64,000 bases of DNA. Source: a virus. Below, in pieces: positions 7,643-16,584 of this stretch (position 1 is its first letter; every line of letters starts with the position of its first letter). Made by a program: the position numbers and the translations under genes. The notes beneath the pieces are model-generated. The model was not told the DNA's origin and ran no database searches. It saw only the letters and a list, made by a program, of their open reading frames with translations. Location: the IMG/VR virus record IMGVR_UViG_3300032516_000019, positions 1 through 64,000 of that record; one strand, given 5' to 3'.

Positions 7643-8787
7643 GATTTTTCCTTTTGCTCAATACAATCATCCCAAATTTCACACTTATCACAATCATCAA
7701 AAGTATCTGTATCTACTCCAAATCTATGACCATGTGGACATTTCTCCTTCCCTGACTTTGGAGCTGGTTCTTCTTTCTTAGAACTCCTTTTTGGAGCTGG
7801 TTCGGGTTCATCCTCCTCTTCCGGTTCCGGTTTGGAAACCTTTCTTGCTCGTGGAGCGGGTTCAGGTTCGTCTTCCTCTTCCGGTTCCGGTTTGATTGCC
7901 CTGCGTGATCTTGGAGCTGGTTCGGGTTCATCCTCCTCTTCCTTAACTGGACGCCTTGCCTTTGCAGGAGGTTCTTCTTTTGTTGCTCTCCTTCGTGGAG
8001 CTGGCTCTTCTTCTACATCATCCGTATCAGTTAATTTACCAGCATCTTTTTCGGAATCAACATCAAAGAATTTAGCTTCCAACTCATCATAAGACAGGAC
8101 TTTAAGCATGTTATCAAGATCCGGAACATCATCCAATACGGAATCTTCAAAAGGTTCTCTATCTTTAAATATGATATCAACGACTTCCGGAAAATTATTC
8201 CTTCCAATCTCTTTCCATTTAAGACGGACGCTTGCTGTCTTCCCATTATCAAGAGTAAAGAAATCCTCATTGGAATCATCCTCTTTAAGAGTATCAATTA
8301 AGGTCTCCTGGAATAGAAAATCAGACATATCCCAAACATGTATCGTTTCTGGATAATCCTTATGTCCTACTGGAATGAGAGCATAAAGACTTCTCTCCTG
8401 AGGATATAATACTTTGAACTCCTCTTTATCAGCTCCATCTTTTATCCGCTTTAATTGATACTCACAGATAGGGCATTTGTGACCAAATGATTTCGGACAG
8501 ATTACTGTTTCATTATTGGCTCCGATATTCCTGTGTGTTTTAAAAGATGCTCTATACCACTCTGATCCTGGAATTGCTACTCCGGAAGCATCATTGCGCT
8601 CAGCATGTCTATCTGATGAAACAAGATAGGGTAAGAAATCCATCTGAAAAGATTTGACTCCCTCAGGTAACTTAAACATTTTTATTCCTTTTGGAATGGT
8701 TAAGTATCGACTGCCTCCTCTTTCTTTTTGTTTCTCAGCACTTGATACAACTTTTCCTCTAAAGGAATGTCTTTTTTCTTTTGCCAT
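7639..8787 (-). CDS. Putative gp32-like ssDNA-binding protein with Zn site, acidic tandem-repeat tail and C-terminal Zn ribbon
   Basis: CPKSFGHKCPIC is a C-x7-C-x2-C Zn motif placed as in T4 gp32. The C-terminal region holds about 4 copies of EEEDEPEPAPR-type repeats. Confidence 0.5.
   Translation of the reverse strand: MAKEKRHSFRGKVVSSAEKQKERGGSRYLTIPKGIKMFKLPEGVKSFQMDFLPYLVSSDRHAERNDASGVAIPGSEWYRASFKTHRNIGANNETVICPKSFGHKCPICEYQLKRIKDGADKEEFKVLYPQERSLYALIPVGHKDYPETIHVWDMSDFLFQETLIDTLKEDDSNEDFFTLDNGKTASVRLKWKEIGRNNFPEVVDIIFKDREPFEDSVLDDVPDLDNMLKVLSYDELEAKFFDVDSEKDAGKLTDTDDVEEEPAPRRRATKEEPPAKARRPVKEEEDEPEPAPRSRRAIKPEPEEEDEPEPAPRARKVSKPEPEEEDEPEPAPKRSSKKEEPAPKSGKEKCPHGHRFGVDTDTFDDCDKCEIWDDCIEQKEKS
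7750..7990. repeat. Tandem repeat of about 60-63 bp, 3-4 copies, inside the SSB-like CDS
   Basis: ggagctggttcgggttcatcctcctcttccggttccggttt recurs at about 7790, 7850 and 7910. Confidence 0.7.
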
Positions 8788-8808
8788 TTGATTAAATTTT
8801 AATGATTA

Positions 8809-9297
8809 TTAAATTGTTCTCCTTATTTTTCTTGCAATGGAAGCATTTAATTGAGTTACTTCCTCTTGCTTTCGTTCTCTTTCCTGGGTTAAATTCCTTG
8901 GCATTTTAGGTCCGGCGAAGTATTGCTGTCCATTTAATCTGACAAGGTTTTCCAAAGCATCCTTACGAGCATCAAATGCCCTGACGGCTCCTTGAGCTAC
9001 ATCAGCTTCAAACTTTGCTTCGAGATACTCTGCAAAGGCTTCTTTATAAGGAACCTGATCAATGATTGTATTAAGCATTACCTGCTCTGTTATCTTCTCA
9101 ATACCAAATTCAGAAGGATTACTCCTAATCTCCTGATCTAAATGTGCTTTCACAAGATCAAGAGCCTCCTTCTTTTGATCTAATACCATTCTGCAATGAG
9201 CAGCAATACGAGCGTATTTTATCATTAAAGAAGGCTGCTCCAGCCATTCAATGTCCAGAGCAGTCTCATCTATTCTAATGTCTTTTTCGTAGTTCAT
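8809..9297 (-). CDS. Hypothetical protein
   Basis: 162-aa ORF. Confidence 0.4.
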   Translation of the reverse strand: MNYEKDIRIDETALDIEWLEQPSLMIKYARIAAHCRMVLDQKKEALDLVKAHLDQEIRSNPSEFGIEKITEQVMLNTIIDQVPYKEAFAEYLEAKFEADVAQGAVRAFDARKDALENLVRLNGQQYFAGPKMPRNLTQERERKQEEVTQLNASIARKIRRTI

Positions 9298-9315
9298 TGG
9301 TTAGTGTATTATTTG

Positions 9316-10170
9316 TTATTTGAATAATGGTGGAAGAACGGATCCTTGCCCCGAATAAATTGGGGTTACTCCGTTCCATTTCTTAGCCAATTCATAGTTT
9401 ACAAGTGTTGCAGTAATGGAGTTGGAAAGTAATTCATTGGCCTGAGCCTGAGCTTTAGCCATCATGAGGATTGCTTTTGAATCTCCATCAGCCTTTGCCA
9501 CTGTCTTTTTGGCATCAGCTTCAGCTTGCATAACTTCCTGCTCTTTCTGAAGTGCGATCTGTGTAGCTTTGATTTTTTCATTAATAGATTCCCTAACATT
9601 ATCAGGTAAACGTATATCACTCTTGTAAGCCACATCTGTTATTATAACACCGGTTGGTTTAAATTTATCTGATATAGCTTTATTAACAAAGGTGAGCATC
9701 TCCATCTTTTTATCTGAATATAATTCAACGGCTTGATGTGTACTGGCATAAGCAATAAATCCACTCTGTAAATCTTGTCTCACATAACTCTTAATTATAG
9801 TTTCCATATCTCCTCCATAAGTTTGGAATGTGACTGGGACTAATGCGGGATCAACTTGAGCAGAAACGGCAACATCACAACCTAATTGTAAACCATCCTT
9901 ATCCTGAAATCGCATCTCTTCATTTGCTTCACTTCCTTCATCCTTACCTGCCGTAAATGGATAGATATGAATGTTTGTTGGATAAGTGTATAGTTTCCAA
10001 TAGGCACCTACCCAATACCGACCTACGGGTAGAGTTATTGGTTGAACTCCTTTGTTATTCCCCATTGTCTTTACCTTGATACCCACACTACGGGGCTCTA
10101 CATGCTGAAAGCAAGATGTTAATCCTACCATAGCAATTAAAAACATACTGATTAATGTTACTCTTTTCAT
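9316..10170 (-). CDS. Lipoprotein with SPFH/band-7-like domain
   Basis: Signal peptide with an LTSC lipobox. The C-terminal region EKIKATQIALQKEQEVMQAEADAKK resembles the SPFH (HflK/C-like) coiled region. Confidence 0.45.
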   Translation of the reverse strand: MKRVTLISMFLIAMVGLTSCFQHVEPRSVGIKVKTMGNNKGVQPITLPVGRYWVGAYWKLYTYPTNIHIYPFTAGKDEGSEANEEMRFQDKDGLQLGCDVAVSAQVDPALVPVTFQTYGGDMETIIKSYVRQDLQSGFIAYASTHQAVELYSDKKMEMLTFVNKAISDKFKPTGVIITDVAYKSDIRLPDNVRESINEKIKATQIALQKEQEVMQAEADAKKTVAKADGDSKAILMMAKAQAQANELLSNSITATLVNYELAKKWNGVTPIYSGQGSVLPPLFK

Positions 10171-10198
10171 TTTACTTTGTTTTTAGTGATTAATTGAT

Positions 10199-10510
10199 TT
10201 ATCTCCATCTGTCTCTACCATACCGTTCCATTTCTTTTAGTTTTGGCTTTGTAATAAAAAAGAATTTAAGTACTGGCCATATTAGCCAAATAGCAAGAAA
10301 TGGAGCGATCCATATCACAACCATTCCTAAAAATACTCCAAAGTCTGATTCAGAATTACTGAATAACAAAGGAGCAAGTACACCATAGACTCCGATCAGT
10401 AGCAATATTGCTAATCCAATACGAGCCCATCCTTTTCCAGCTGTTAAAATAAGTTTTTTGTCTTCCATAGTTTTAAATATAAAAAGAAATAGTGTCGGGT
10501 GCGTGGTCAA
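10199..10510 (-). CDS. Small membrane protein with two transmembrane segments
   Basis: Two hydrophobic helices: GLAILLLIGVYGVLAPLLF and FLGMVVIWIAPFLAIWLIWPV. Confidence 0.45.
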   Translation of the reverse strand: MTTHPTLFLFIFKTMEDKKLILTAGKGWARIGLAILLLIGVYGVLAPLLFSNSESDFGVFLGMVVIWIAPFLAIWLIWPVLKFFFITKPKLKEMERYGRDRWR

Positions 10511-10559
10511 TCGGAATTATATTATAAGTGGTTCCATTGTTCTCTTAGTCGGATCAGTC

Positions 10560-10960
10560 GGTCAATCGGATGAATTAATTCGGGTATTAATGGTTACCTC
10601 GACCAGTTAAAGACCAGTCACATCTTTTTCTATTGCTCAACCAGCTGAGCTACAAGCCTGTAGACTTGGCTGGATTCGAACCAGCGTCCCATAGATCCAT
10701 TTTATTTAGCTGATTAACATTCAGTTGCGTTTACCAATTCCGCCATAGGCTGAAGCCTAACAAGATTCGAACTTGTAGTAGTAAGAAAATGCAACGAACA
10801 ATCCGGTTTGCTCTACCATTTCAGAGTAATGGTGCCAACTCTGCACCCACGCCCACTATTTCAAAGAACTTTAATTAAAAGGATGTTAGGCTTAATGGAT
10901 ACTCTAAACCAAGGAAATAACGCTCCGCTTTAAACAAAGCATATTGCTTCTTTCTTAGCC
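10560..10960 (-). tRNA. tRNA-like gene cluster. Number and boundaries are unresolved and the architecture is unusual.
   Basis: On the minus strand there are two canonical T-arms (GCTGG-TTCGAAT-CCAGC at 10669-10685, ACAAG-TTCGAAT-CTTGT at 10760-10776). There are canonical D-arms (GCTCAGCTGGTTGAGC at 10635-10650, GCGGAATTGGTAAACGC at about 10724-10743). There is also an anticodon stem-loop CTGA-ATGTTAA-TCAG at 10710-10728. Confidence 0.4.
10661..10750 (-). tRNA. tRNA-like candidate with anticodon loop AUGUUAA (GUU, Asn-like), a Leu-like D-arm, a 23-nt extra region, and a T-arm plus 3' acceptor CAAGTCT
   Basis: The D-arm, anticodon arm and T-arm are all visible, but no 5' acceptor strand in standard position pairs with the 3' strand. 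Confidence 0.25.
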
Positions 10961-10985
10961 CATGAGTCGACTCATTAACATCCAG

Positions 10986-11294
10986 TTATTTTGTCATATT
11001 TGGTTCAGTATAATCATCCATACATCCACCAACTTCGATCTCAGTACTCCAGTTTGCCTGCTGGATAGCGGCATCAACCAAACGAAGTTGTTTGGCATAC
11101 CAGTCATACCCTGCAGCTACCTGGTTGAGGGTAATTTTTGGAACAGATACAAGAACATCATCAATGTCTTCAGTGATCTTTTTGCGAGTTCCTTTAGTTT
11201 CAAAAAGACCTTGAACATTGATCTTTTTAAGTTGCTCAACCTTTTCGTTGAGTTCCTTTCTCCTGAGTAAAGCCTCCGCTAATTTAACTTTCAT
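10986..11294 (-). CDS. Hypothetical protein
   Basis: 102-aa ORF. Confidence 0.4.
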   Translation of the reverse strand: MKVKLAEALLRRKELNEKVEQLKKINVQGLFETKGTRKKITEDIDDVLVSVPKITLNQVAAGYDWYAKQLRLVDAAIQQANWSTEIEVGGCMDDYTEPNMTK

Positions 11295-11303
11295 GATTAA
11301 AAA

Positions 11304-11558
11304 TTAATGTTTAGTTGTTATTGGTTCAAAAGGTATAAGTTTTTTATGAATAGTAAGATGAGTAATAGCAACCCATTCTAACCACTCAATATAATCAGAT
11401 AATTCTGGGTCCAGGTTGGCATTAATTCTTCTACCTCCCATTGAAAGATAACTACCATTTGGCAATAATCCTGTTTCTCTTTTATACATCAACCGTAAAT
11501 CTTTTACAGATACTACAGAATCATTTCTTTTTACATATTTCCACTTCTCGTTTTCCAT
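11304..11558 (-). CDS. Hypothetical protein
   Basis: 84-aa ORF. Confidence 0.4.
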   Translation of the reverse strand: MENEKWKYVKRNDSVVSVKDLRLMYKRETGLLPNGSYLSMGGRRINANLDPELSDYIEWLEWVAITHLTIHKKLIPFEPITTKH

Positions 11559-11561
11559 ATC

Positions 11562-12476
11562 TTAATTTTTAGTTACTGAATAACAAGCATAAACTAATTG
11601 AGGAAATCCTGAATCATAAAACGGATTGATAAATTCTTCCAATATCAATCCAGCAACATCATTTTCTCCTTTGAGCAGGATGGCTTGGCAGTATCCGAGC
11701 ACTACTCTTCTGATGCTCTCAGCTTCCTCTCCCTTCTCCTTTAATCCTGCCAATATTTTTGAAGTTTTAGACCAGGGCGCTTTATTGATCAGACTTCTAC
11801 ATAACTCAATGGATTCAGATACCATTGCTGCGGTCTGCTTAGCTACTTCCATCCGTCTTTCTTCCGGAGCATTTAATACCTGCTCAAGTATTTGGATAGC
11901 ATTTCTTGGCAATCCTAAAGAATCCCTTATGATAACATCGTATATTTCCTGCTCCAACTCAGCCTTTTCATCATGGACAATCTTCCTGAGAAGACGAAAC
12001 ATCTGATTTTCATTAAGTGGATTTACCTGAAATTGACTACATCTACCTTTGATAGTAGGCAATAATTTTTGTGGTTCAGTAGTACAAAGAACGAAATAAA
12101 CATGAGGTGGCGTATCCTCAAGTATTTTTAGCAGGGCATTCTGAGCATCATTTGTCATTTTATGGCATTCATCAATTACCCAAACCCGAACAGCTCCCTC
12201 AATAGCTTTATACATACTATTCTTTCTGATCTCCCTTACCGTATCAATTCCACGAAAATCAGCAGAATCTACTTCTTTATAATCAGATCCAACGCAACCT
12301 AATCGGTTAGCTATGATCCTTGCAATTGTGGTTTTTCCACATCCAGTCTGTCCATGTAAAAGGAAGGCATGTGGGCAGTCAGCACTACTCAGCATACCTT
12401 CCAGGGTAGATACTATATCTGTATTACCCTTTACTTGGGTCAGGTCGGTTGGTCTGTGTTTTAGATATAAACTCAT
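11562..12476 (-). CDS. Clamp loader ATPase subunit (AAA+, RFC-small/DnaX/gp44-like)
   Basis: KHRPTDL...HAFLLHGQTGCGKTT Walker A. VIDECHKMT is the DExx box. NALLKILEDTP. GRC is the SRC-like motif. Confidence 0.8.
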   Translation of the reverse strand: MSLYLKHRPTDLTQVKGNTDIVSTLEGMLSSADCPHAFLLHGQTGCGKTTIARIIANRLGCVGSDYKEVDSADFRGIDTVREIRKNSMYKAIEGAVRVWVIDECHKMTNDAQNALLKILEDTPPHVYFVLCTTEPQKLLPTIKGRCSQFQVNPLNENQMFRLLRKIVHDEKAELEQEIYDVIIRDSLGLPRNAIQILEQVLNAPEERRMEVAKQTAAMVSESIELCRSLINKAPWSKTSKILAGLKEKGEEAESIRRVVLGYCQAILLKGENDVAGLILEEFINPFYDSGFPQLVYACYSVTKN

Positions 12477-12533
12477 AAGGCATCAAATATAAATATAATT
12501 TTTTAACGATAAAAATATGTTTTAATAAATATT

Positions 12534-13922
12534 TTAATTCATTTTATTTTTCTCAGCCCAGCTCGCATCCACCGGACTTATTTCCATTTCCACTTCTAAA
12601 GGAACGATAATCCATTTCCAAGCTTCCGGCAAATCTTGGCAGGTGACCTTATGGGCTATTTCCCTGATTTGGGCTAATTCCAAGGGGTTTACATCAAGAA
12701 TCATTGAGTCATGGATTTGTCCTATCAGGCGACTATCAAGTCCTTTGTCACGGATGATTTTATCAATCTGAATAAAAGACCATAATAGACAATGAAAAGC
12801 TGCTCCTTGAACTGGATAATTGCTGGTATCATTTTTGCCCATCTGCCCATAACATCGAAAACCTGTCAGGAGATCAATATAACCATATTTCTGGTATAGC
12901 TTCCACCAAAGTTCTTTCCACTTGGCGTAATCAGCAAATCGCTTTCCCCAAAAATCACCCTCTATTTTCTTTAGGTGATTACTAAAGGAATCCAAAGAGG
13001 TTATGCCCTTGGCGATCAGATGGTCGGATAAAGTTTTACCATTTAAAGGTATGCCCTGATTACCAGTCCATTTCCCTTGTGGTAATTGACCCCACCTACA
13101 TGCCATATTGATAGCACAATTACCGTAATAATCTCCATAGAATTCAGGAAATACAAAACCATTTTTTGCAGCCTGTCGCAATGTATAATGATCAGGATTC
13201 TTTTTATCAAAGTTAGAAATCATAAAGATTTGCTTTGCCATATCACCATGCATATCCGACTTTGGATCATTAATATAATGTAACATAGTAGGATCTTTGT
13301 GGTAACAGGCGGCTATCTTTACCTCAATTCCAGAATAATCAATCTCTACTAACTGATGACCTGGTCGTGGATAAATAGCTTTTCTGACGATTTGCATTGA
13401 TTCCTCATCTCGTTTGGGAATATTTTGGAAGTTAGGACTATCAGATGAGCTTCGGTAAGTCCTCACAAGATGAAGATTAAAAAACGGGTGGATATACCCA
13501 TTTATCTGTTCCCGAGCAAAGGCATCCAAATAGGTATCTCTTACCTTCTTAAGCTTTCTCATTTCAAGTAAAGAATTGAGCTCAGGGATATTCATAGCTT
13601 GTAATGCTTCATCATCAGTAGAACCCTGACCTGATGCTGTTTCTTTCTCAACTTTGATCTTCTTTACATCATAGAGAAAATGAGCTAATTGCGCATTAGA
13701 ATTGATATTGATCTTTCCTTTTACAGAATGTTGCCAATGGAGAAAGAATTTTGTCTCCATAAATTGCTTTTCCAAACGATCTATCTTACGAGTCAGATGT
13801 GTTTTCTTTCCTTCGATATACTCAAGATCAACCCGAATGCCTGCTTGCTCAGCATGGGCAAGTGCCAATATCCCGTCATGGAATAATTGGTATGCTTCGT
13901 ATGTTCTTGGATTAATATTCAT
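12534..13922 (-). CDS. Family A DNA polymerase, polymerase domain only (motifs A, B, C)
   Basis: VEIDYSGIEVKI is motif A. LRQAAKNGFVFPEFYG is motif B. QIHDSM is motif C. Confidence 0.8.
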   Translation of the reverse strand: MNINPRTYEAYQLFHDGILALAHAEQAGIRVDLEYIEGKKTHLTRKIDRLEKQFMETKFFLHWQHSVKGKININSNAQLAHFLYDVKKIKVEKETASGQGSTDDEALQAMNIPELNSLLEMRKLKKVRDTYLDAFAREQINGYIHPFFNLHLVRTYRSSSDSPNFQNIPKRDEESMQIVRKAIYPRPGHQLVEIDYSGIEVKIAACYHKDPTMLHYINDPKSDMHGDMAKQIFMISNFDKKNPDHYTLRQAAKNGFVFPEFYGDYYGNCAINMACRWGQLPQGKWTGNQGIPLNGKTLSDHLIAKGITSLDSFSNHLKKIEGDFWGKRFADYAKWKELWWKLYQKYGYIDLLTGFRCYGQMGKNDTSNYPVQGAAFHCLLWSFIQIDKIIRDKGLDSRLIGQIHDSMILDVNPLELAQIREIAHKVTCQDLPEAWKWIIVPLEVEMEISPVDASWAEKNKMN

Positions 13923-14082
13923 TTTCCATATCCTCCAAATAATGTTGATATAATGATTCTATGGTATCAAATTTTTCATCATCACAAAACCAACACTCCT
14001 CAAGAATAGAATATGATGTCTCTTCCTCTATCCACCTTATGAAGGCTGCTGGATATACTGCTTGTTCATTATCTTTACTCAT
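13912..14082 (-). CDS. Small ORF (56 aa) filling the gap between the exonuclease and polymerase ORFs
   Basis: ATG at 14082 lies 2 nt after the exo ORF stop. The ORF overlaps the pol ATG. Not in the supplied track because it is under 60 aa. Confidence 0.25.
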   Translation of the reverse strand: MSKDNEQAVYPAAFIRWIEEETSYSILEECWFCDDEKFDTIESLYQHYLEDMENEY

Positions 14083-14083
14083 A

Positions 14084-15289
14084 TTAAAAAGGTAATATAT
14101 TCAAACGTTGTTTAATTGCTAATCGGAATTCATAAATGCTATCATATCCACAGTACTTTAGGAGTTTATGCTGTCCACCTTGCTTTAATAGAATATCTTT
14201 TATCTTATTCAAAGAGTTGGCGCTCACTCCGTCAGTACCTTGTAGATAAGGAGCTATTTCACTTGCGTAATCCACAATACCAAAGTTGACATATACTTGG
14301 AATTTTAAGCTCGTTATTCCTGGTCTGTTATCAATTACATGGGAAGCAATCATGGTATCCCACTCCCAATTAGTCACCGGTTGTCTTAATTTAACAAGAC
14401 TCCAGTTATCCTCAAACTTCATATTATGAGCAATCTTACCAATTCTTGGATTAGCTAACAGATTGGTAAATGGTCTTCTGCCAGCTGGAGAAGAAGGCAT
14501 CATAAAAGAATAAGCCTTATCAGAAGTATACGCAACAGAAGCGCAAATAATCCTATGCTCTGCTGCATGTGGTTTTATGCCAGTGGTTTCATAATCAAAG
14601 GCAATCGTTCCAATGGTAATTGAATTTAAGACTGATAAGTCTTCTATTATTTCGATCTCTGGTTCTTTATGAATTGGAAAGGGTTCTTTTAGTTGAGCAA
14701 CAGCTTGTTTTAAATCCTCCATCCAAATAGACTCAACATCTTTTGTATCGACGCGATCTACATAACTGGGATGAAAAGTAGGACAAATCCAAGTATTGAA
14801 ATCCTGATCAGGAATGGTAAACCCTCTCCACTTTGATACCCCTCCCAAATCTTTTTTCCAGCGATGTCCTATCATAGAATAGATAGCAGAGTTCCCAAGT
14901 AGGACAATCACCTTTGGTTTACACTGCTCTATCACTGGAAGGATTAGTTTTCGGCAGGATTCTATTTCATAATTCTCGGGAGAGCGGTTTCCATCAGGCC
15001 AACAGTTGACGGCATTAATATTTAAACAGTCTTCAAATAGATCAATGCCAAGTTTTCTATAAGTACTCTCCAATAGCTTACCCGTCTTGCCTTGGAATGG
15101 TTTCCCTCTACGATCTTCCGTCTCCCCTGGAGCCTCTCCTATATTGAGAATCTTCTTCTTGAAATTGCCAAATGGTTTCATTTTAGGACTTTGACAGTCT
15201 TTATATAATCCACAGGCAAAGCAAGAATAAGTCTTCCCATCAGGACGAGACTTTGATTCGGTCTCCTTCTTTGTAAAAAACTCTTGCAT
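14084..15289 (-). CDS. Family-4 uracil-DNA-glycosylase-like domain fused to a DnaQ-like 3'-5' exonuclease domain. This is the N-terminal part of the split family A polymerase.
   Basis: GEAPGETEDRRGKPFQGKTGKLL is family-4 UDG motif A. FHPSYV is motif B. IAFDYETTG is Exo I. Confidence 0.75.
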   Translation of the reverse strand: MQEFFTKKETESKSRPDGKTYSCFACGLYKDCQSPKMKPFGNFKKKILNIGEAPGETEDRRGKPFQGKTGKLLESTYRKLGIDLFEDCLNINAVNCWPDGNRSPENYEIESCRKLILPVIEQCKPKVIVLLGNSAIYSMIGHRWKKDLGGVSKWRGFTIPDQDFNTWICPTFHPSYVDRVDTKDVESIWMEDLKQAVAQLKEPFPIHKEPEIEIIEDLSVLNSITIGTIAFDYETTGIKPHAAEHRIICASVAYTSDKAYSFMMPSSPAGRRPFTNLLANPRIGKIAHNMKFEDNWSLVKLRQPVTNWEWDTMIASHVIDNRPGITSLKFQVYVNFGIVDYASEIAPYLQGTDGVSANSLNKIKDILLKQGGQHKLLKYCGYDSIYEFRLAIKQRLNILPF

Positions 15290-15292
15290 ATC

Positions 15293-16315
15293 TTAACCTC
15301 TTAATGCTGCAATATAAATCCAACCTTCCCCTTCAAATTTAAGTTTATCTTTCCCAACCAAACAAAGTTTTGTTTTCTGGATGATTTGTCTTAGCAGGTA
15401 AGGAGTTATTGTAAATGATACAGGTTCCTTATAATTAATAGGCAATTCTTCTTTAATCCAGGAAATATCTGAATCAGCAATGATCTTCAATTTCTTATCA
15501 GCTATTTCTATTTTGACCATCTCCTCTATTTCATGATCTCGTTTGGCGACTATATTTGCCCGATCAAGCAGTTCTACCAGTTTCTCAGGGAAAATGATTT
15601 GATGTCCGGTTACTTTGAATAGTTCTGGTTTCTCCATCCACTTATCCTCAAAAACTCTACAGGAGATCATGGTATCTTCGGCATTCTTAAAATGAATCCA
15701 TCCTTTGCCTTCCGCTATTTGGATAGGGCTTATTCTGATTACTTCCTTAGCAGACGCTGCCGGTAATAAGAATGACTCGACTGGCATATCTTCTGATAGA
15801 TTACAATGCATGATACAAAAACTATCAGATCCTTCCATTATACCATCTTTGGAAACATAGATGCAGGTAAGCACTGGTCTGCTCATATCCCTTCCACAAG
15901 ATGGAGCTATAAGATCCACGAATTCTATGAATTTATCAGGTAAATCACACCAAGCACCAATTTCAGTGATCTCCTCATCTATTGGAAGTTTGATGGTTTC
16001 CTGCATAGCAAATCCTGCTTTCATCTTCCCTTTACTCAGGATTAATTCATTATCCTTTATGGAAATATCAATCATTCCGTCATCATCTTTCGGAATTTTG
16101 ATCTTACCAAGAAGCTTATACAAATTATCAGCCAGAACTGCTCCGGTGATATTTAATCCGGTTACCTTCTGAGATATGCTTATCTCATTATTATAGGTAA
16201 CTACTCTGTCTTTTATAAAGGCAAAGGATGTAGCTTGCTCAACTATTTCCTTGTTTGCCAGCCCTGGTTTTACTCTCTCCAGTGCTTTTTCTAATTCGCT
16301 TTTGTTGATTTCCAT
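15293..16315 (-). CDS. Putative sliding clamp (DnaN-like), weak call
   Basis: 340 aa, sitting between the polymerase and clamp loader genes. Size and position fit. No strong motif. Confidence 0.3.
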   Translation of the reverse strand: MEINKSELEKALERVKPGLANKEIVEQATSFAFIKDRVVTYNNEISISQKVTGLNITGAVLADNLYKLLGKIKIPKDDDGMIDISIKDNELILSKGKMKAGFAMQETIKLPIDEEITEIGAWCDLPDKFIEFVDLIAPSCGRDMSRPVLTCIYVSKDGIMEGSDSFCIMHCNLSEDMPVESFLLPAASAKEVIRISPIQIAEGKGWIHFKNAEDTMISCRVFEDKWMEKPELFKVTGHQIIFPEKLVELLDRANIVAKRDHEIEEMVKIEIADKKLKIIADSDISWIKEELPINYKEPVSFTITPYLLRQIIQKTKLCLVGKDKLKFEGEGWIYIAALRG

Positions 16316-16445
16316 ATTTGATTAATTTAAAAGTTGCCTTACGAAAAGGTATTTTTGTCACACATAAGTCATAGTAGCTCAACAAGATACTTTTAGTCAT
16401 CTTGAGTAATTCTGGAGGAGCCACTGCTGCCATATAAATTTTCAT
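16239..16445 (-). CDS. Small ORF with MKIYxAA...LLSYYD N-terminal motif (paralog 1)
   Basis: N-terminus MKIYMAAVAPPELLKMTKSILLSYYDL. Overlaps the start of the clamp-like gene. Confidence 0.3.
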   Translation of the reverse strand: MKIYMAAVAPPELLKMTKSILLSYYDLCVTKIPFRKATFKLIKYGNQQKRIRKSTGESKTRAGKQGNS

Positions 16446-16584
16446 CAGTATAATATTTAAAATCAGACTTTGCTCCCCACTTTTGCTGTGGAAATACTAT
16501 GGTGAAATAACTAAATAGAATCCGATATCTCAGCATTGAGATACGGTGATATCTCTTAGGAATTCCAGCCAAATATATCCTCAT
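16393..16584 (-). CDS. Small ORF with MRIYLAGIP N-terminal motif (paralog 2)
   Basis: N-terminus MRIYLAGIPKRYHRISMLRYRILFSYFTI. Confidence 0.3.
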   Translation of the reverse strand: MRIYLAGIPKRYHRISMLRYRILFSYFTIVFPQQKWGAKSDFKYYTDENLYGSSGSSRITQDD

